Source: Candidatus Parcubacteria bacterium
GTDB taxonomy: Bacteria; Patescibacteriota; Minisyncoccia; Phycocordibacterales; CAIJYI01
Direction: 5' to 3'
Length of the DNA: 64,000 nt
Assembly: GCA_026395595.1 (NCBI GenBank)
Contig: JAPLYL010000003.1
Coordinates: forward strand, 12,136 to 76,135
Shown: positions 27,687-38,821 of the stretch, piece by piece
Numbering within the stretch: position 1 is the stretch's first letter
How the letters are laid out: each line of letters begins with the position of its first letter
Translations under genes and position numbers: made by a program
The notes under the pieces: model-generated
What the model saw: the letters and a program-made list of their open reading frames with translations, nothing else
What the model was told of the DNA's origin: nothing
Database searches by the model: none

Positions 27687-28646
27687 ATGAATAAAGATGA
27701 AAATTTGATACGGAAACTTCTTGCTCTCAACGACGAACGAAGCAAAGAATTTGCAAGGCTGGAGCTGGAAAGAAAATGTTGGACAGATATCCGTCCGACA
27801 AAAATAATTGTTTTTGAGTGCATGGACGGCAGGGTAAATTTTCCGCTTTCGGTCGGATTGCCATTTGGAATAGTTTCTTCATTCAGAAGCATGGGTGGAA
27901 TCTTTGATCTCGGTATTCCGTACTTTGCAAAAACTTTGAACACCATCGTTCGGAAATCATTAGCGGAAGGTCGTGACGGTCTTTTGATTGTGACCTATCA
28001 CTTTTCAAAAGGGGATAAACATAACGGATGTAAGGGTCATAATTATGACACCGATTCGGCGAAGCTGAGTGCAGAAAAATTTTGCGCGGAATTGAAAGAA
28101 GTTTTTGCGAAGGGTAAAGTATATCCTATCGTTCTTGGCATTGAAACTGACGAAGATCGTTTTATTGTTGAAAGTTCTTTTTTGGAAAAACTTCCGAAAA
28201 CAGTGCGAAAAGATTTGGATTATCTTTTGTCGGAAAATGTGAAGCGTGCGAATAAACTTATTCGCACCGAAAAAGAAAAACAGCATGGTGAAAATATCGT
28301 TGCCGTCGGTACTGGTTTTGATTGGTTTCATTCTTACAATCAGTCTCTTATTATTGGCCCGTGGCATTATGATCTGAATGCTTCGGTTGTAACCGCGGCG
28401 AATATAGTCCTATTTAATTTGAAAGAGAAACGAATTTCTGAAAGCGATGGTTTGTTTCTTTTGTGCGGAGCGGTTCCATCCGGCAGCAGCGCGATTGAAT
28501 TGTCTTTTGCAAAAAAAGAAGCAAAAGCTCTTTCCGGACATTGCGTGAAGATACTTGAAACTTCCGTACCGGAAATTATTCCGCATCTCCATGTTCTTGC
28601 GGGAATAACCAATCCGAAAACAAGAAAATTTTTACCCGTATTATAA
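27687..28646 (+). CDS. Beta-class (CsoSCA-like) carbonic anhydrase homologue
   Basis: CMDGR and YHFSKG..GCKGH zinc-ligand motifs. Confidence 0.65.
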   Translation: MNKDENLIRKLLALNDERSKEFARLELERKCWTDIRPTKIIVFECMDGRVNFPLSVGLPFGIVSSFRSMGGIFDLGIPYFAKTLNTIVRKSLAEGRDGLLIVTYHFSKGDKHNGCKGHNYDTDSAKLSAEKFCAELKEVFAKGKVYPIVLGIETDEDRFIVESSFLEKLPKTVRKDLDYLLSENVKRANKLIRTEKEKQHGENIVAVGTGFDWFHSYNQSLIIGPWHYDLNASVVTAANIVLFNLKEKRISESDGLFLLCGAVPSGSSAIELSFAKKEAKALSGHCVKILETSVPEIIPHLHVLAGITNPKTRKFLPVL

Positions 28647-28814
28647 AGAAGTATCGCAATCCCTCTCACTTTATTGTGGGAGGGATTTTACTATAGATGA
28701 ATTTGACAAAATTCCTTTTGAAATTGCTTGACAACTTTAATACAAAATGTATCATTACTCCGATTTGGGAAATTCCCCAAAGAGTTCTATGACAATTAAA
28801 TAGAGGTTTAAAGT

Positions 28815-30632
28815 ATGGAAATTATTTCAGGATTACTGGGCTATTGGTGGGTTATCCCTATCATTTTGGCTATTGTATGCTGGAAACAGATCGTCTTGTT
28901 GTTTTTTGGGATGAAAATCATTCCGGAAAACCATATGGGTAAAGTGAATAAAAAATTCGTATTATTTGGTAATAACAGAACATTGCCGGACGGTAAAATC
29001 ATCGCTTTAAACGGTGAAGCCGGTGACCAAGCAGACACCCTTGCTCCGGGTCTCTATTGGGGATACTGGGTATGGCAATATGATGTTAAGGTTGAACCCT
29101 TTACTCATATTGAAAAAGGGTATGTCGGATGCGTTGTTGCTCGCGATGGTACTCCTATCGTTGGCGGACGCGTTCTTGGTAAAAGTGTGAAGTGTGATGC
29201 TTTCCAGGATGCTCGTGCTTTTTTGAACAAAGGCGGCGAACGCGGACCGCAACTGGATTGCATACCTCCCGGCGACTGGCGTATCAACACTTCGTTGTTC
29301 ACCATCAATCCAGAAAGGGCTTATGTTGTTGCTGATAATAAAGTCGGATTAGTTACCACAAAAGACGGTAAAGCTCTTCCTGAGGGTGAAATTGCCGGTA
29401 AAGTAATTAATGGGCATAACGGCTTCCAAGACGGACAAGTATTTATAGACAATGGTGGATTTAAAGGGCCGCAAGAACAAGTGATTCTTGCCGGGCTTTA
29501 TTATCTTAACCCTTGGTTTGCTACCGTCAAAGAAGTGGATCTGACCGAAGTGGAAATGGCTCACGTAGGTGTTGTTGTTTCTTTTGTCGGTGAAAAAGGC
29601 GAAGACGTTACTGGTGATGAATTTAAACACGGGAATTTGGTAAAACGCGGTTTCCGCGGAGTCTGGGTTGATTCTTATGATCCGGGCAGATATCCAATCA
29701 ACCCACTGACGCATCGTGTCGAACAAGTTTCAACGGCAAACATTGTTCTGAACTGGGCAACCGGTAAAAATGAATCGCATAATTTGGACAAAAATTTGTC
29801 TACGATTATGGTACGGTCTTCTGACGGTTTTAAGTTTCCTCTTGACGTAAGTCAGATCATTCATATTCCGCGCGCTGATGCTCCAAAAGTAATTGCTCGT
29901 TTTGGTAGTGTCGCAAACTTGGTTACTCAAGTGCTTGAACCAACCATCGGCAACTATTTTCGTAACGCGGCACAAAGCTCAGATGCTCTCGCTTTCTTGA
30001 AGGAGCGTGAAAAACGGCAATCAGATGCTCGGCAGAAAATTGCTGAGGCTCTTCGCGAGTACAATGTGGTGGCTGTTGACACTTTGATTGGTGATATCGT
30101 TCCTCCTGACGAGTTGATGAAAACTCTGACAGATCGTAAGATTGCGGAGCAAGAACAAATCACTTTTAAAACACAACAAGAAGCACAAGACGTTCGTAAA
30201 GAGTATATGCAAGCCCAAGCAATTGCTGATACGCAAGCAAACGTTGTGGCGTCTCAACGAAAAGTTGAGATTGCAAAATTTGACGCTGATTCAGCTGTCA
30301 AAAAAGCGGAAGGCGAAGCAAAAGCTAAAATCATCAATGCTGAAGCCGATGCGAACGTATTGCAAGTTGTCGGTAACGCTGAGGCTGTCAAAATCACTGC
30401 CGTCGGTACCGCCGAAGCGGAAGTTATCAAATTGAAAACCTCTGCAGTCGGTCAAACCAACTACGCGGTCATTGAAGTCGGTCGTGCATTGGCAGAACAC
30501 GGTATCAAACTGGTTCCTGAAATTGTCGCAGGTGGCAATGGCAGTGGTGGCGGAACAATTGTTGATGTTCTCGTCGCTCAAATGCTTAAAGATCGTCTAC
30601 ATAAAACGTCAAACGAAACCCTTACCGAATAA
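28815..30632 (+). CDS. SPFH/flotillin-family membrane protein
   Basis: N-terminal TM helix, repeated GxRG-Q-PG units, VRSSDGFKFPLDVSQIIH, coiled-coil tail. Confidence 0.88.
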   Translation: MEIISGLLGYWWVIPIILAIVCWKQIVLLFFGMKIIPENHMGKVNKKFVLFGNNRTLPDGKIIALNGEAGDQADTLAPGLYWGYWVWQYDVKVEPFTHIEKGYVGCVVARDGTPIVGGRVLGKSVKCDAFQDARAFLNKGGERGPQLDCIPPGDWRINTSLFTINPERAYVVADNKVGLVTTKDGKALPEGEIAGKVINGHNGFQDGQVFIDNGGFKGPQEQVILAGLYYLNPWFATVKEVDLTEVEMAHVGVVVSFVGEKGEDVTGDEFKHGNLVKRGFRGVWVDSYDPGRYPINPLTHRVEQVSTANIVLNWATGKNESHNLDKNLSTIMVRSSDGFKFPLDVSQIIHIPRADAPKVIARFGSVANLVTQVLEPTIGNYFRNAAQSSDALAFLKEREKRQSDARQKIAEALREYNVVAVDTLIGDIVPPDELMKTLTDRKIAEQEQITFKTQQEAQDVRKEYMQAQAIADTQANVVASQRKVEIAKFDADSAVKKAEGEAKAKIINAEADANVLQVVGNAEAVKITAVGTAEAEVIKLKTSAVGQTNYAVIEVGRALAEHGIKLVPEIVAGGNGSGGGTIVDVLVAQMLKDRLHKTSNETLTE

Positions 30633-30691
30633 TTCGGTAAAATAGTTCTTTAGAGAGTCACACAAACGCCCCGAGCAATCGGGGCGTTCTT

Positions 30692-31132
30692 TTATATATG
30701 ATATTCTCTCGCCAGATCTCTTTCCGTATCTCTTTTTTTTATCGTCTCGCGTTTGTCGTATTTTTTCTTTCCTCGGACGACAGCAATCTCAACTTTTATT
30801 TTTCTCCCTTTTTGATACAGAGAAACAGGAACGATGGTCAATCCTTTCTTTCCTTCAATCTGTGCGAGGTCAATGAGTTCTTTTTTGGTGAGCAGTAATT
30901 TGCGATTCCGGTCGGGTTCATATCCTTTCGGCGTGTTTTGCGGTTGATAGGCGGGAATACTGGCACCGATCAAAAAGGCTTCGCTTCCTCGGACGAGCAC
31001 GCGCGCACCATCAAGATGCCCGTGTTTGGCTTTTACGGACTTCACTTCAAGACCGAGCAATTCAATGCCGGCCTCAAACTTTTCCAGTATTTCGTAGTCA
31101 AAAGAGACTTTTTTATTAAATATGAGGGACAC
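30692..31132 (-). CDS. smpB: SsrA-binding protein
   Basis: EAGIELLGLEVKS, RKLLL, GKKKYDKRE. Confidence 0.97.
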   Translation of the reverse strand: MSLIFNKKVSFDYEILEKFEAGIELLGLEVKSVKAKHGHLDGARVLVRGSEAFLIGASIPAYQPQNTPKGYEPDRNRKLLLTKKELIDLAQIEGKKGLTIVPVSLYQKGRKIKVEIAVVRGKKKYDKRETIKKRDTERDLAREYHI

Positions 31133-31252
31133 GTCATAAGTATATCAGGGAAAAGGATAGTTGACAAATAATATATCATGAGCTAATATATAGAAAGGTT
31201 CCGTTGCTTGCGAGTGACGGAGAATGTGTTGTTTTTACAGAGGAGAGACTTT

Positions 31253-31438
31253 ATGAGATTATCTCATGAACCCCAAGATACATCAGATCCCTATTTGCTG
31301 GCCGGTGTAATCGAATTGCATCAAAAACAAGAATTTTCGCATCCCATTACCGTTACGGCCTCCGCCGCAAAAGTTTTGGAAAAAGAAGGGTGGCATGTGA
31401 TTTCTGACTCCGACCTCGGTGCCGGCGGTGAAATTTAA
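31253..31438 (+). CDS. Small hypothetical protein
   Basis: TTGACA promoter, SD GAGGAG, hairpin terminator. Confidence 0.55.
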   Translation: MRLSHEPQDTSDPYLLAGVIELHQKQEFSHPITVTASAAKVLEKEGWHVISDSDLGAGGEI

Positions 31439-31517
31439 TTGAAGGGCAAGCCCCGCGAACGCAAAACGTTTTCGCGGGGCTTTTTTGTTTCGCATTTTGT
31501 GTTATGATGGATTTTAT

Positions 31518-33461
31518 ATGAAAGAACAAGAACCAGACAAAAAATTAAAAAATGATACAAAAGGAGGAGAAAAGAATGGTAAAATGAAAATGCCGGAAAT
31601 GAATCCGAAACAGCAATTTTTCACGAATATCGCCAGTTCGCTCCTTATCTTTTTAGTGATTATCACTCTCTACTCGTATTTCACTACGGAGCAAACGAAG
31701 AAACCGAAAGAAATTTCTGTTTCGGAATTAGTCTCTCTGGTTAAAAAAGGGGAAGTTTCTGCTATTTCTGTTGACGGAGAAAAGTTGAGCATTGACCTCA
31801 AAGACAAAACACAAAAAGAAGCGAAGAAAGAAACCGAAGATTCTCTTTCTCAAACGCTTCTCAATTACGGCGTTACGCAAGATCAGCTTTCCGCGACAAA
31901 AATAAAAGTGGTGGAACCGACCGGTTTTTGGTTTTGGTTTTTGAATCTCGCTCCGATACTTATTCCTGTCATTTTTATTCTTCTTTTCTTCTGGATTATT
32001 ACGAGGCAGGTGAAAGGCGCCGGCGTGCAGGCGTTTACCTTCGGCCAATCCAAAGCGCGCATTATTGATCCCGATGATACGAATCAGATTGTCACTTTCA
32101 AAGATGTCGCCGGAGTAAAAGAAGCCAAAGAAGAACTTTCCGAAATCGTAGATTTTTTGAAAAATCCCAAAAAATTCTTGGACATCGGAGCGCGCATTCC
32201 GAAAGGAGTGATTCTTATGGGAGCGCCGGGAACAGGAAAGACTCTGTTGGCTCGTGCCGTCGCGGGAGAAGCGCATGTGCCGTTCTTCCATCTTTCCGGT
32301 TCGGAATTTGTGGAAATGTTTGTCGGTGTTGGAGCTTCCCGCGTTCGCGATTTATTCAAGATGGCGAAAAAAGCCGCGCCCGCGATAATTTTCATTGATG
32401 AAATAGATGCCGTCGGACGGATTAGAGGAACCGGCGTCGGAGGAGGAAATGACGAACGCGAACAAACACTCAATCAGATACTCGTAGAAATGGACGGTTT
32501 TGAACCGAACGAAAAAGTCATCATTATTGCGGCCACAAACCGTCCTGATGTTTTGGATCCCGCCCTGCTTCGCCCCGGACGTTTTGACCGACGAGTTACT
32601 TTAGATTTGCCCGACTTAGAAGACCGTCAAGAGATCTTGAAAATTTACGCGAACAAAAAACCGTTTGCCGAAGATGTGAATCTGCGAACTATTGCCGAAA
32701 GAACCCCGGGGTTTTCCGGCGCCGACCTGTATTCTCTCATGAATGAAGGCGCTATTCTCGCCGCCCGCGAAGGACGGAAAAAGGTGGCGCAGTTTGATCT
32801 CGTCCGTTCCATAGAAAAAGTCATGCTGGGGCCCGAACGACGAAGCCATATTCTTTCCAAAGATGAAAAGAAAATTACCGCGTACCACGAAGTAGGACAC
32901 GCGCTCGTCGCTTCTGTTCTCAAGTATTCCGACCCGGTTCACAAAGTTTCCATTATTTCTCGCGGACATGCCGCCGGTTACACTTTGACGCTTCCTCTGG
33001 AAGAAAGAAAACTTCAGAGCAAAAAAGAATTTCTTGATGATATTGCGAAAATGCTCGGCGGATATGCGGCGGAAAGAATTGCCTTCGGTGATATTACGAC
33101 CGGCCCGTCTAACGATTTACAGGTAGCCACTTCTCTCGCGCGAAGCATGGTGACGAGATGGGGAATGTCCGACAAAATCGGCCCGGTGGCATTGGAAGAT
33201 CCGTCAGGAAAGATCATTTACGGAAGGGGAATTGGAGAGAAAGAATACTCTGAACAAGTTTTCGCTTTAGTTGACGCCGAAGTGTCGCTCATTATGAACG
33301 AAGGACTGGCAAGAGCCAATGAAGTACTTGCCACTCACCGAAAAGCGCTTGATCTTATTTCAGAAGAGCTCATCCGAGTAGAAACGATAGAACATACTGA
33401 ATTTGATACTCTCTTGGTTGCAAACGGAATTATTCCCAAGAAAAAAACAGAAGAAGTTTAA
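31518..33461 (+). CDS. ftsH: ATP-dependent zinc metalloprotease FtsH
   Basis: Two TM helices, [11 protein letters not shown] region, HEVGH. Confidence 0.98.
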   Translation: MKEQEPDKKLKNDTKGGEKNGKMKMPEMNPKQQFFTNIASSLLIFLVIITLYSYFTTEQTKKPKEISVSELVSLVKKGEVSAISVDGEKLSIDLKDKTQKEAKKETEDSLSQTLLNYGVTQDQLSATKIKVVEPTGFWFWFLNLAPILIPVIFILLFFWIITRQVKGAGVQAFTFGQSKARIIDPDDTNQIVTFKDVAGVKEAKEELSEIVDFLKNPKKFLDIGARIPKGVILMGAPGTGKTLLARAVAGEAHVPFFHLSGSEFVEMFVGVGASRVRDLFKMAKKAAPAIIFIDEIDAVGRIRGTGVGGGNDEREQTLNQILVEMDGFEPNEKVIIIAATNRPDVLDPALLRPGRFDRRVTLDLPDLEDRQEILKIYANKKPFAEDVNLRTIAERTPGFSGADLYSLMNEGAILAAREGRKKVAQFDLVRSIEKVMLGPERRSHILSKDEKKITAYHEVGHALVASVLKYSDPVHKVSIISRGHAAGYTLTLPLEERKLQSKKEFLDDIAKMLGGYAAERIAFGDITTGPSNDLQVATSLARSMVTRWGMSDKIGPVALEDPSGKIIYGRGIGEKEYSEQVFALVDAEVSLIMNEGLARANEVLATHRKALDLISEELIRVETIEHTEFDTLLVANGIIPKKKTEEV

Positions 33462-33604
33462 TAGAAAGATAAAAAATAGTAAAATAGAAAAACTCTGACG
33501 ACCGTCATTATGTTTTTCTATTTTACTATTTTTACTTTTTTGACAAATATGGTGTAAAAACGTATTCTCTATCCCAGATATATGATTGTTCCTTGGAGGT
33601 TTTA

Positions 33605-33940
33605 ATGTCTGATTTATATCTATACCACTCCCGCGCCGGATTTTGTCATCTGAAATACCGCGCCACCGGGCACGTTTGGGGCTGGTTTACTCCCGAATGT
33701 TTACCTATCGCGACCCACTTTATCGCTTATTCTGAAGGCGGACTCGTTTTTGCGGTTCCGTATTCCGTATTTTGCGAAGGAAAAATCTGCATTTACGCCG
33801 AAACCTATTGCCTCGGACAAAAAACCGGCACCGGAAAAATTTCCGAAGCTCATAACTGGGAAGAACGGCTGGCACATCACGGTCTTTCCGCTGAATTGAT
33901 AGGAAGAATAAGCGGGTTCTTAAAAACAGCAGAACTCTAA
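33605..33940 (+). CDS. Hypothetical protein
   Basis: TTGACA promoter, SD GGAGG, terminator. Confidence 0.6.
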   Translation: MSDLYLYHSRAGFCHLKYRATGHVWGWFTPECLPIATHFIAYSEGGLVFAVPYSVFCEGKICIYAETYCLGQKTGTGKISEAHNWEERLAHHGLSAELIGRISGFLKTAEL

Positions 33941-34180
33941 AATAACCATAGCCCCGCAATGCGGGGCTATTTTTAGAGAATCCCTTGACTATTCCAACCG
34001 TTTTGCTATTATGACTAACACCTCTATCGCTCGTAGGCGTATTTTTTTATAGCGCTTTTTGCGGTAAATAGATGTAATTTATTAATTATTAGCTTAAGTC
34101 ATTATTTATTAACGGTCAGGGTTAAGTTGATCAAATCTTAAGAGCTTAACTTTGACCGGTAAATAATAAAAAATAATACT

Positions 34181-35377
34181 ATGGCAGCAGAAGAATTCAA
34201 AAGAGACAAACCGCATGTGAATGTGGGAACCATCGGTCACGTTGACCACGGCAAGACTACTCTTACCGCGGCTATTCTCCATGTCCTCAATATGGCAGGA
34301 AAGACCGTTAAAATGAAAAGCGTTGACCAAATAGACTCAGCGCCGGAAGAAAAAGCTCGTGGAATCACGATTGCTCTTTCTCACAATGAATACGCAACCG
34401 ATACGCGCCACTACGCGCACATTGATGCTCCGGGACATGCCGACTATATTAAGAACATGATCACCGGTGCCGCTCAGATGGACGGCGCAATCCTCGTCGT
34501 TGCCGCAACTGACGGCGCAATGCCTCAGACTCGCGAACACATCTTGCTCGCGCGCCAGGTTGGAGTACCGAAAATGTTGGTATTCTTGAACAAATGCGAC
34601 ATGGTTGAAGATCCTGACTTGATTGAACTCGTTGAAGAAGAAGTTCGCGAGCTCCTCACGAAACAAGGATATGACGGCGCAAACGCCCCGGTTATCCGTG
34701 GTTCGGCCCTGAAAGCACTTGAGGCAAAAACTCTTGATGATCCGTACGCAAAAGCTATTTTGCAGCTTACCGATGCTTTGGATTCCTACATTCCGGTTCC
34801 TGAGCGCCAGACCGACAAGCCGTTCCTTATGCCGGTTGAAGACATCTTCACCATTGAAGGACGCGGAACCGTTGCTACCGGACGTATTGAAAGAGGCGTC
34901 ATCAAAGTCGGACAAGAAATTGAGATCGTTGGTTTGAAACCGACCGTCAAAACTACTGTTACTGGTATTGAAATGTTCAACAAGTCCCTCCAAGAAGGTA
35001 TGGCTGGAGACAACGCCGGAGTTCTCCTCCGCGGTGTTAAAAAAGAAGACGTTACCAGAGGACAAGTCCTCGCAGCTACCGGTTCCGTTACTCCTCACAC
35101 GGAGTTCACCGGAGAAGTCTACATTCTTTCAAAAGAAGAAGGAGGCCGTCACACTCCGTTCTTCACGGGCTACAAACCTCAGTTCTATATCCGAACCACT
35201 GACGTTACCGGAGAGGTAACCTTGGCAGAAGGCGTAGAAATGGTTATGCCGGGAGATACCGTTACTTTCAAAGTAAAGCTCATCATGCCGGTCGCTCTTG
35301 AAGAGAAAATGCGTTTCGCCGTCCGCGAAGGAGGACGAACCGTCGGATCAGGCGTTGTTACTTCAATCATTGCGTAA
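34181..35377 (+). CDS. tuf: Elongation factor Tu
   Basis: [21 protein letters not shown]. Confidence 0.99.
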   Translation: MAAEEFKRDKPHVNVGTIGHVDHGKTTLTAAILHVLNMAGKTVKMKSVDQIDSAPEEKARGITIALSHNEYATDTRHYAHIDAPGHADYIKNMITGAAQMDGAILVVAATDGAMPQTREHILLARQVGVPKMLVFLNKCDMVEDPDLIELVEEEVRELLTKQGYDGANAPVIRGSALKALEAKTLDDPYAKAILQLTDALDSYIPVPERQTDKPFLMPVEDIFTIEGRGTVATGRIERGVIKVGQEIEIVGLKPTVKTTVTGIEMFNKSLQEGMAGDNAGVLLRGVKKEDVTRGQVLAATGSVTPHTEFTGEVYILSKEEGGRHTPFFTGYKPQFYIRTTDVTGEVTLAEGVEMVMPGDTVTFKVKLIMPVALEEKMRFAVREGGRTVGSGVVTSIIA

Positions 35378-35415
35378 CTCGGTGATCCGAAAAGCGCTTG
35401 AGCGCTCATAAAAAA

Positions 35416-35841
35416 ATGCCTACAAAAACTACTACCACAAAAACACCGGCAAAAACGGTAAAAGCCCCCGCAAAAACCGCGGCTGTCAAAACGACGGCCG
35501 CTCCGAAAGCGGTCGCGAAACCGAAGACCGACGAGTTTCAGAAGCTCCGTATCCGCGTTCGCGCCTACGAGCACAAGATCCTTGATGCTTCCGTAAAGCA
35601 GATCATTGATACGGCATTGCGTTATGATGCCAAAGTGATCGGTCCCGTACCGTTGCCTGCCGAGATCAAAAAGTATACCGTCAACCGTTCCACGTTCGTT
35701 CACAAAGATGCTCGCGAGCAATTTGAAATGCGAATCCATAAACGATTGATCGATATAGTGAGCCCGAACGCGAAAGTGATCGAGGCCCTCACTAATCTAT
35801 CTCTTCCGTCAGGAGTGAGCATAGATGTCAAAATGATCTAA
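35416..35841 (+). CDS. rpsJ: 30S ribosomal protein S10 with K/A/T-rich N-terminal extension
   Basis: LRIRVRAYEHKILD, GPVPLP, REQFEMRIHKRLID. Confidence 0.97.
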   Translation: MPTKTTTTKTPAKTVKAPAKTAAVKTTAAPKAVAKPKTDEFQKLRIRVRAYEHKILDASVKQIIDTALRYDAKVIGPVPLPAEIKKYTVNRSTFVHKDAREQFEMRIHKRLIDIVSPNAKVIEALTNLSLPSGVSIDVKMI

Positions 35842-36309
35842 TCCATTCCAAAAGGAATGAACAAAAACACACGACAAAGGTCGTGTGTTTTTGTTTGCGT
35901 ATCATTTTCGTGACGTCGCGGAAACGATACGCCTTCCGTCGCCGGTTCGGGGTTGTACCCCGAACCGAAACGTTTGGATAAAACACAGAACTCGAGTATC
36001 TCAAATGTTTCGGATAGAGATAAAACTTCCGTCCTGCGGATATAAATTGTTTACTCCCGATTCTTGCGAATCGGGAGCGAGCCGTGAGGCCATTTGTGTT
36101 TAGTATAAACTATTTTCTCCCACTCGTCATCCCGGGCCACGACCCGGGATCCAGGAGTTGATGACAAAATCGTCACTTCACTAAAAAGTGAAGCTCAGTG
36201 GGAAATCCCAAAAATCTTTACTTCCCGAAGGAAGGGTGTCCTTGGTGGACATTTGCATATAATAATACTCTTTTTTGGTAATTTGTCATAATCCTGATAC
36301 AATTTTACT

Positions 36310-36720
36310 ATGAAATCTTGGCATTATGGAATAAACAGTCTGTATAAAACCGGGCATATCATACGCGAAGAAGCGCCGTGGTATATTTTTGCCATAGATC
36401 GCGTTTCAATATGGTTTTGTGACCACTTTCCGCCCATTCCTTTTCCTTCTGTTTCGATGAAAGACGACGACGGGGAAGAAACGACTTGGAAAGAATATTA
36501 CGGCGACGCGAGGGCACTTTTTCACATTAAAGTATGTATGCCGATATTTGAATGGGTTGAAAGCAAAAAGAAAACGGTTTCTGTCGACGTTCCTTACGAT
36601 ATTCTCAAAGAAAAATTTTACGAAACGGATAAGAAGTTTTTTGATGAGGAGGCAGAAAATTGCGAAAGCATAAACGAATCAAAAAATGGGGAAGTTACCC
36701 CAATAGAAAGCATCCTCTAA
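36310..36720 (+). CDS. Hypothetical protein
   Basis: 136-aa ORF with a leaderless-type promoter. Confidence 0.6.
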   Translation: MKSWHYGINSLYKTGHIIREEAPWYIFAIDRVSIWFCDHFPPIPFPSVSMKDDDGEETTWKEYYGDARALFHIKVCMPIFEWVESKKKTVSVDVPYDILKEKFYETDKKFFDEEAENCESINESKNGEVTPIESIL

Positions 36721-36766
36721 GTCGGATGTTTTTTGTGGTGGAGAGTTTTCGTGATAGGATATCAAT

Positions 36767-37327
36767 ATGGAAAAGGAATATTTAAATGTTTACGCGTTTA
36801 TTGACGCTTCCAACTTATGGCAGGCGCAAAAGGTAAAAGGACGAATGTTTGATTTTGAAAAACTTAAAAGGTTTTTGAAAGAAAAATTCAATGCCAAAAA
36901 TTTGAAAGTCTTTTACTATACCGCTTATCCCGCGGACGGAACGCGCGATTATAGTTTGGATTCAAAGCATAAATTTTTTACTTATTTAAAGAAAGGTTTA
37001 GATTTTGAGGTGGTCAAAAAAGAGCTGAAACGGATCAATGTTTCCAATGAATGCGGTGTCGTAATAGAAGAAAAAGGAAATATGGATGTTGAACTTACTA
37101 TTGACACGGTTCGTCATCTGGAGAAATATGATGCCGCGATATTTTTTACTGGTGATTCTGACTTTTTGGCACTGGTTACCTATTTAAGAAACCTCAAGAA
37201 AGACGTTTATGTTTTTTCTTCTAAAAATAATGTTTCTCAGGAATTAAGAACAGGAAGTAATGGTTATTTTGATGTTCTTGAAATAGGAGAAGACATTTGG
37301 GGCAAAAATCTTGAACATCGCCACTAA
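36767..37327 (+). CDS. NYN-domain (LabA/DUF88) PIN-like ribonuclease
   Basis: FIDASN, KGNMDVELTID, TGDSDF, SQELR. Confidence 0.9.
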   Translation: MEKEYLNVYAFIDASNLWQAQKVKGRMFDFEKLKRFLKEKFNAKNLKVFYYTAYPADGTRDYSLDSKHKFFTYLKKGLDFEVVKKELKRINVSNECGVVIEEKGNMDVELTIDTVRHLEKYDAAIFFTGDSDFLALVTYLRNLKKDVYVFSSKNNVSQELRTGSNGYFDVLEIGEDIWGKNLEHRH

Positions 37328-37400
37328 CAAAAAGCAACCCTCCTTGCGGAGGGTTGCCCTAGGATGTAGAACCCTTTCAGTCTATGAAAAACCGAAAGAC
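37328..37400 (-). ncRNA. Candidate ~70-nt sRNA convergent on the NYN gene
   Basis: Minus-strand TTGACA(37435)-17-TATATT promoter, stem-loop, then terminator GCAACCCTCC-GCAA-GGAGGGTTGC-TTTTT; no ORF. Confidence 0.55.
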
Positions 37401-37530
37401 TCCTTTAATATAAGCTTATTGGGTGTTGGTGTCAAGTGCGTTTTGTGGATAAACCCCGCCACGGTTTGCGTTCCGCCAAAATTAGCGGTATTGTTTTGGT
37501 AAAGAAAAATTGTTAAATAAATTAAAATTT

Positions 37531-38106
37531 ATGGATGAACATAAAAAAGAAAATAAAATCTCTAAATTTAACCGCCCCAATCGTTCGTATCATATCGAAA
37601 CACATGATCCGCGCTGGTTTGATGAATTCGCAAAACGAAAATCAAAACTAGAAGCAATCCTAGGTGATATTGTGGTAGATATTCAACACACTGGAAGTAC
37701 TTCCGTACAAGGGCTCATCGCCAAACCACAAATTGATATCCTTGTAGTCGTAAAAAGGCTTGATGATATAATTCCTCATTACGATGACATGGAGGTCGCA
37801 GGGTTCACTCCGCGAGGTGATTATACTCATATCGGCGAAGAATATTTCACTGAGGATGATGAGCAAGGGACACGTCTTGCCAGTATACATATCCTCCCTG
37901 TCGGACATCCGGAGATTTCCGCAATTCTGGATTTTAGGGACTATCTTCGCTCTAATGCTAAAGATAGGAATTTATATGCCGCGACGAAACAAATCCTTTT
38001 TAAAAAGTTTCCCGATGATTATAAATCATACGATAGTGGTAAAACCGAGGTAATACTTGCGATTAAAAAACGTGCGAAAAACTGGGCGAATCAACGCGGA
38101 AAATAA
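37531..38106 (+). CDS. GrpB-family nucleotidyltransferase-fold protein
   Basis: IQHTGSTSVQGLIAKPQIDI, FRDYLR, YAATK. Confidence 0.9.
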   Translation: MDEHKKENKISKFNRPNRSYHIETHDPRWFDEFAKRKSKLEAILGDIVVDIQHTGSTSVQGLIAKPQIDILVVVKRLDDIIPHYDDMEVAGFTPRGDYTHIGEEYFTEDDEQGTRLASIHILPVGHPEISAILDFRDYLRSNAKDRNLYAATKQILFKKFPDDYKSYDSGKTEVILAIKKRAKNWANQRGK

Positions 38107-38145
38107 AAATCGCTACCGCCCATATAAGACGGTAGCGATGCTGTG

Positions 38146-38595
38146 TTAATTTCTGTAGACTTTTGTCGTTCGTAGAAACAATTTGTTGGTCGACACATAA
38201 TCATCAAAGTTAGAATATTGCTCCGTCGTAATGCAAAATACCTCACGAGGTGTTTTATTTGTCGGATTTTGTTCTGTTGCAAAAATTCCATAGGTTGAGG
38301 GCTCTAGAAAATACTCGTCGTTTTCCAGACCTCCGATACATCTCATATCCCCCAATCCCATGAATACTGAGAATTTGCGAATATCCACTATTTCACATTG
38401 TTTCTCGTCGCATATTTCTTCATATGCACCACTTACGACTTGAAATGGTTTGGACCATGCGATAAGTAAATCTTCGCTGTCAAAAGTCCCGGAAAGGAAA
38501 ATGTTTTCTGTGGATAATAATGTCGTTAGATCGAGTACCGGAATAAATCCAAAATCGGTCATCTTTACTCGTCCGTCTGTATTGTTTTGTCTCAT
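38146..38595 (-). CDS. Hypothetical protein
   Basis: ORF with TTGACA promoter and terminator. Confidence 0.55.
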   Translation of the reverse strand: MRQNNTDGRVKMTDFGFIPVLDLTTLLSTENIFLSGTFDSEDLLIAWSKPFQVVSGAYEEICDEKQCEIVDIRKFSVFMGLGDMRCIGGLENDEYFLEPSTYGIFATEQNPTNKTPREVFCITTEQYSNFDDYVSTNKLFLRTTKVYRN

Positions 38596-38821
38596 TTTGA
38601 ATACCTCGTTTGAAATCTGAGTTTAGTATATCATTATAATTATGTAGTGTCAAGTTCATGTCGGAAAAGAAAAAAAGCGTTTGACGTCGGAGAATATTTC
38701 TGCTAGGATTAAAGCCAAACCTTAAAGGGCTTTTTTATTTTGCTCATGGTTGTTTTCACAGAGCTAATGGGACCAATGGCGATTGGGTGGTTACACACGC
38801 CCCGCGAAAGTCCCCAGAATT

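Noticed and set aside
27025-27694. ORFs 27028-27504, 27025-27333, 27370-27588 and 27437-27694
   Set aside because: They are shadows of the tmRNA gene (WRWGESNP is the translated antisense T-arm).
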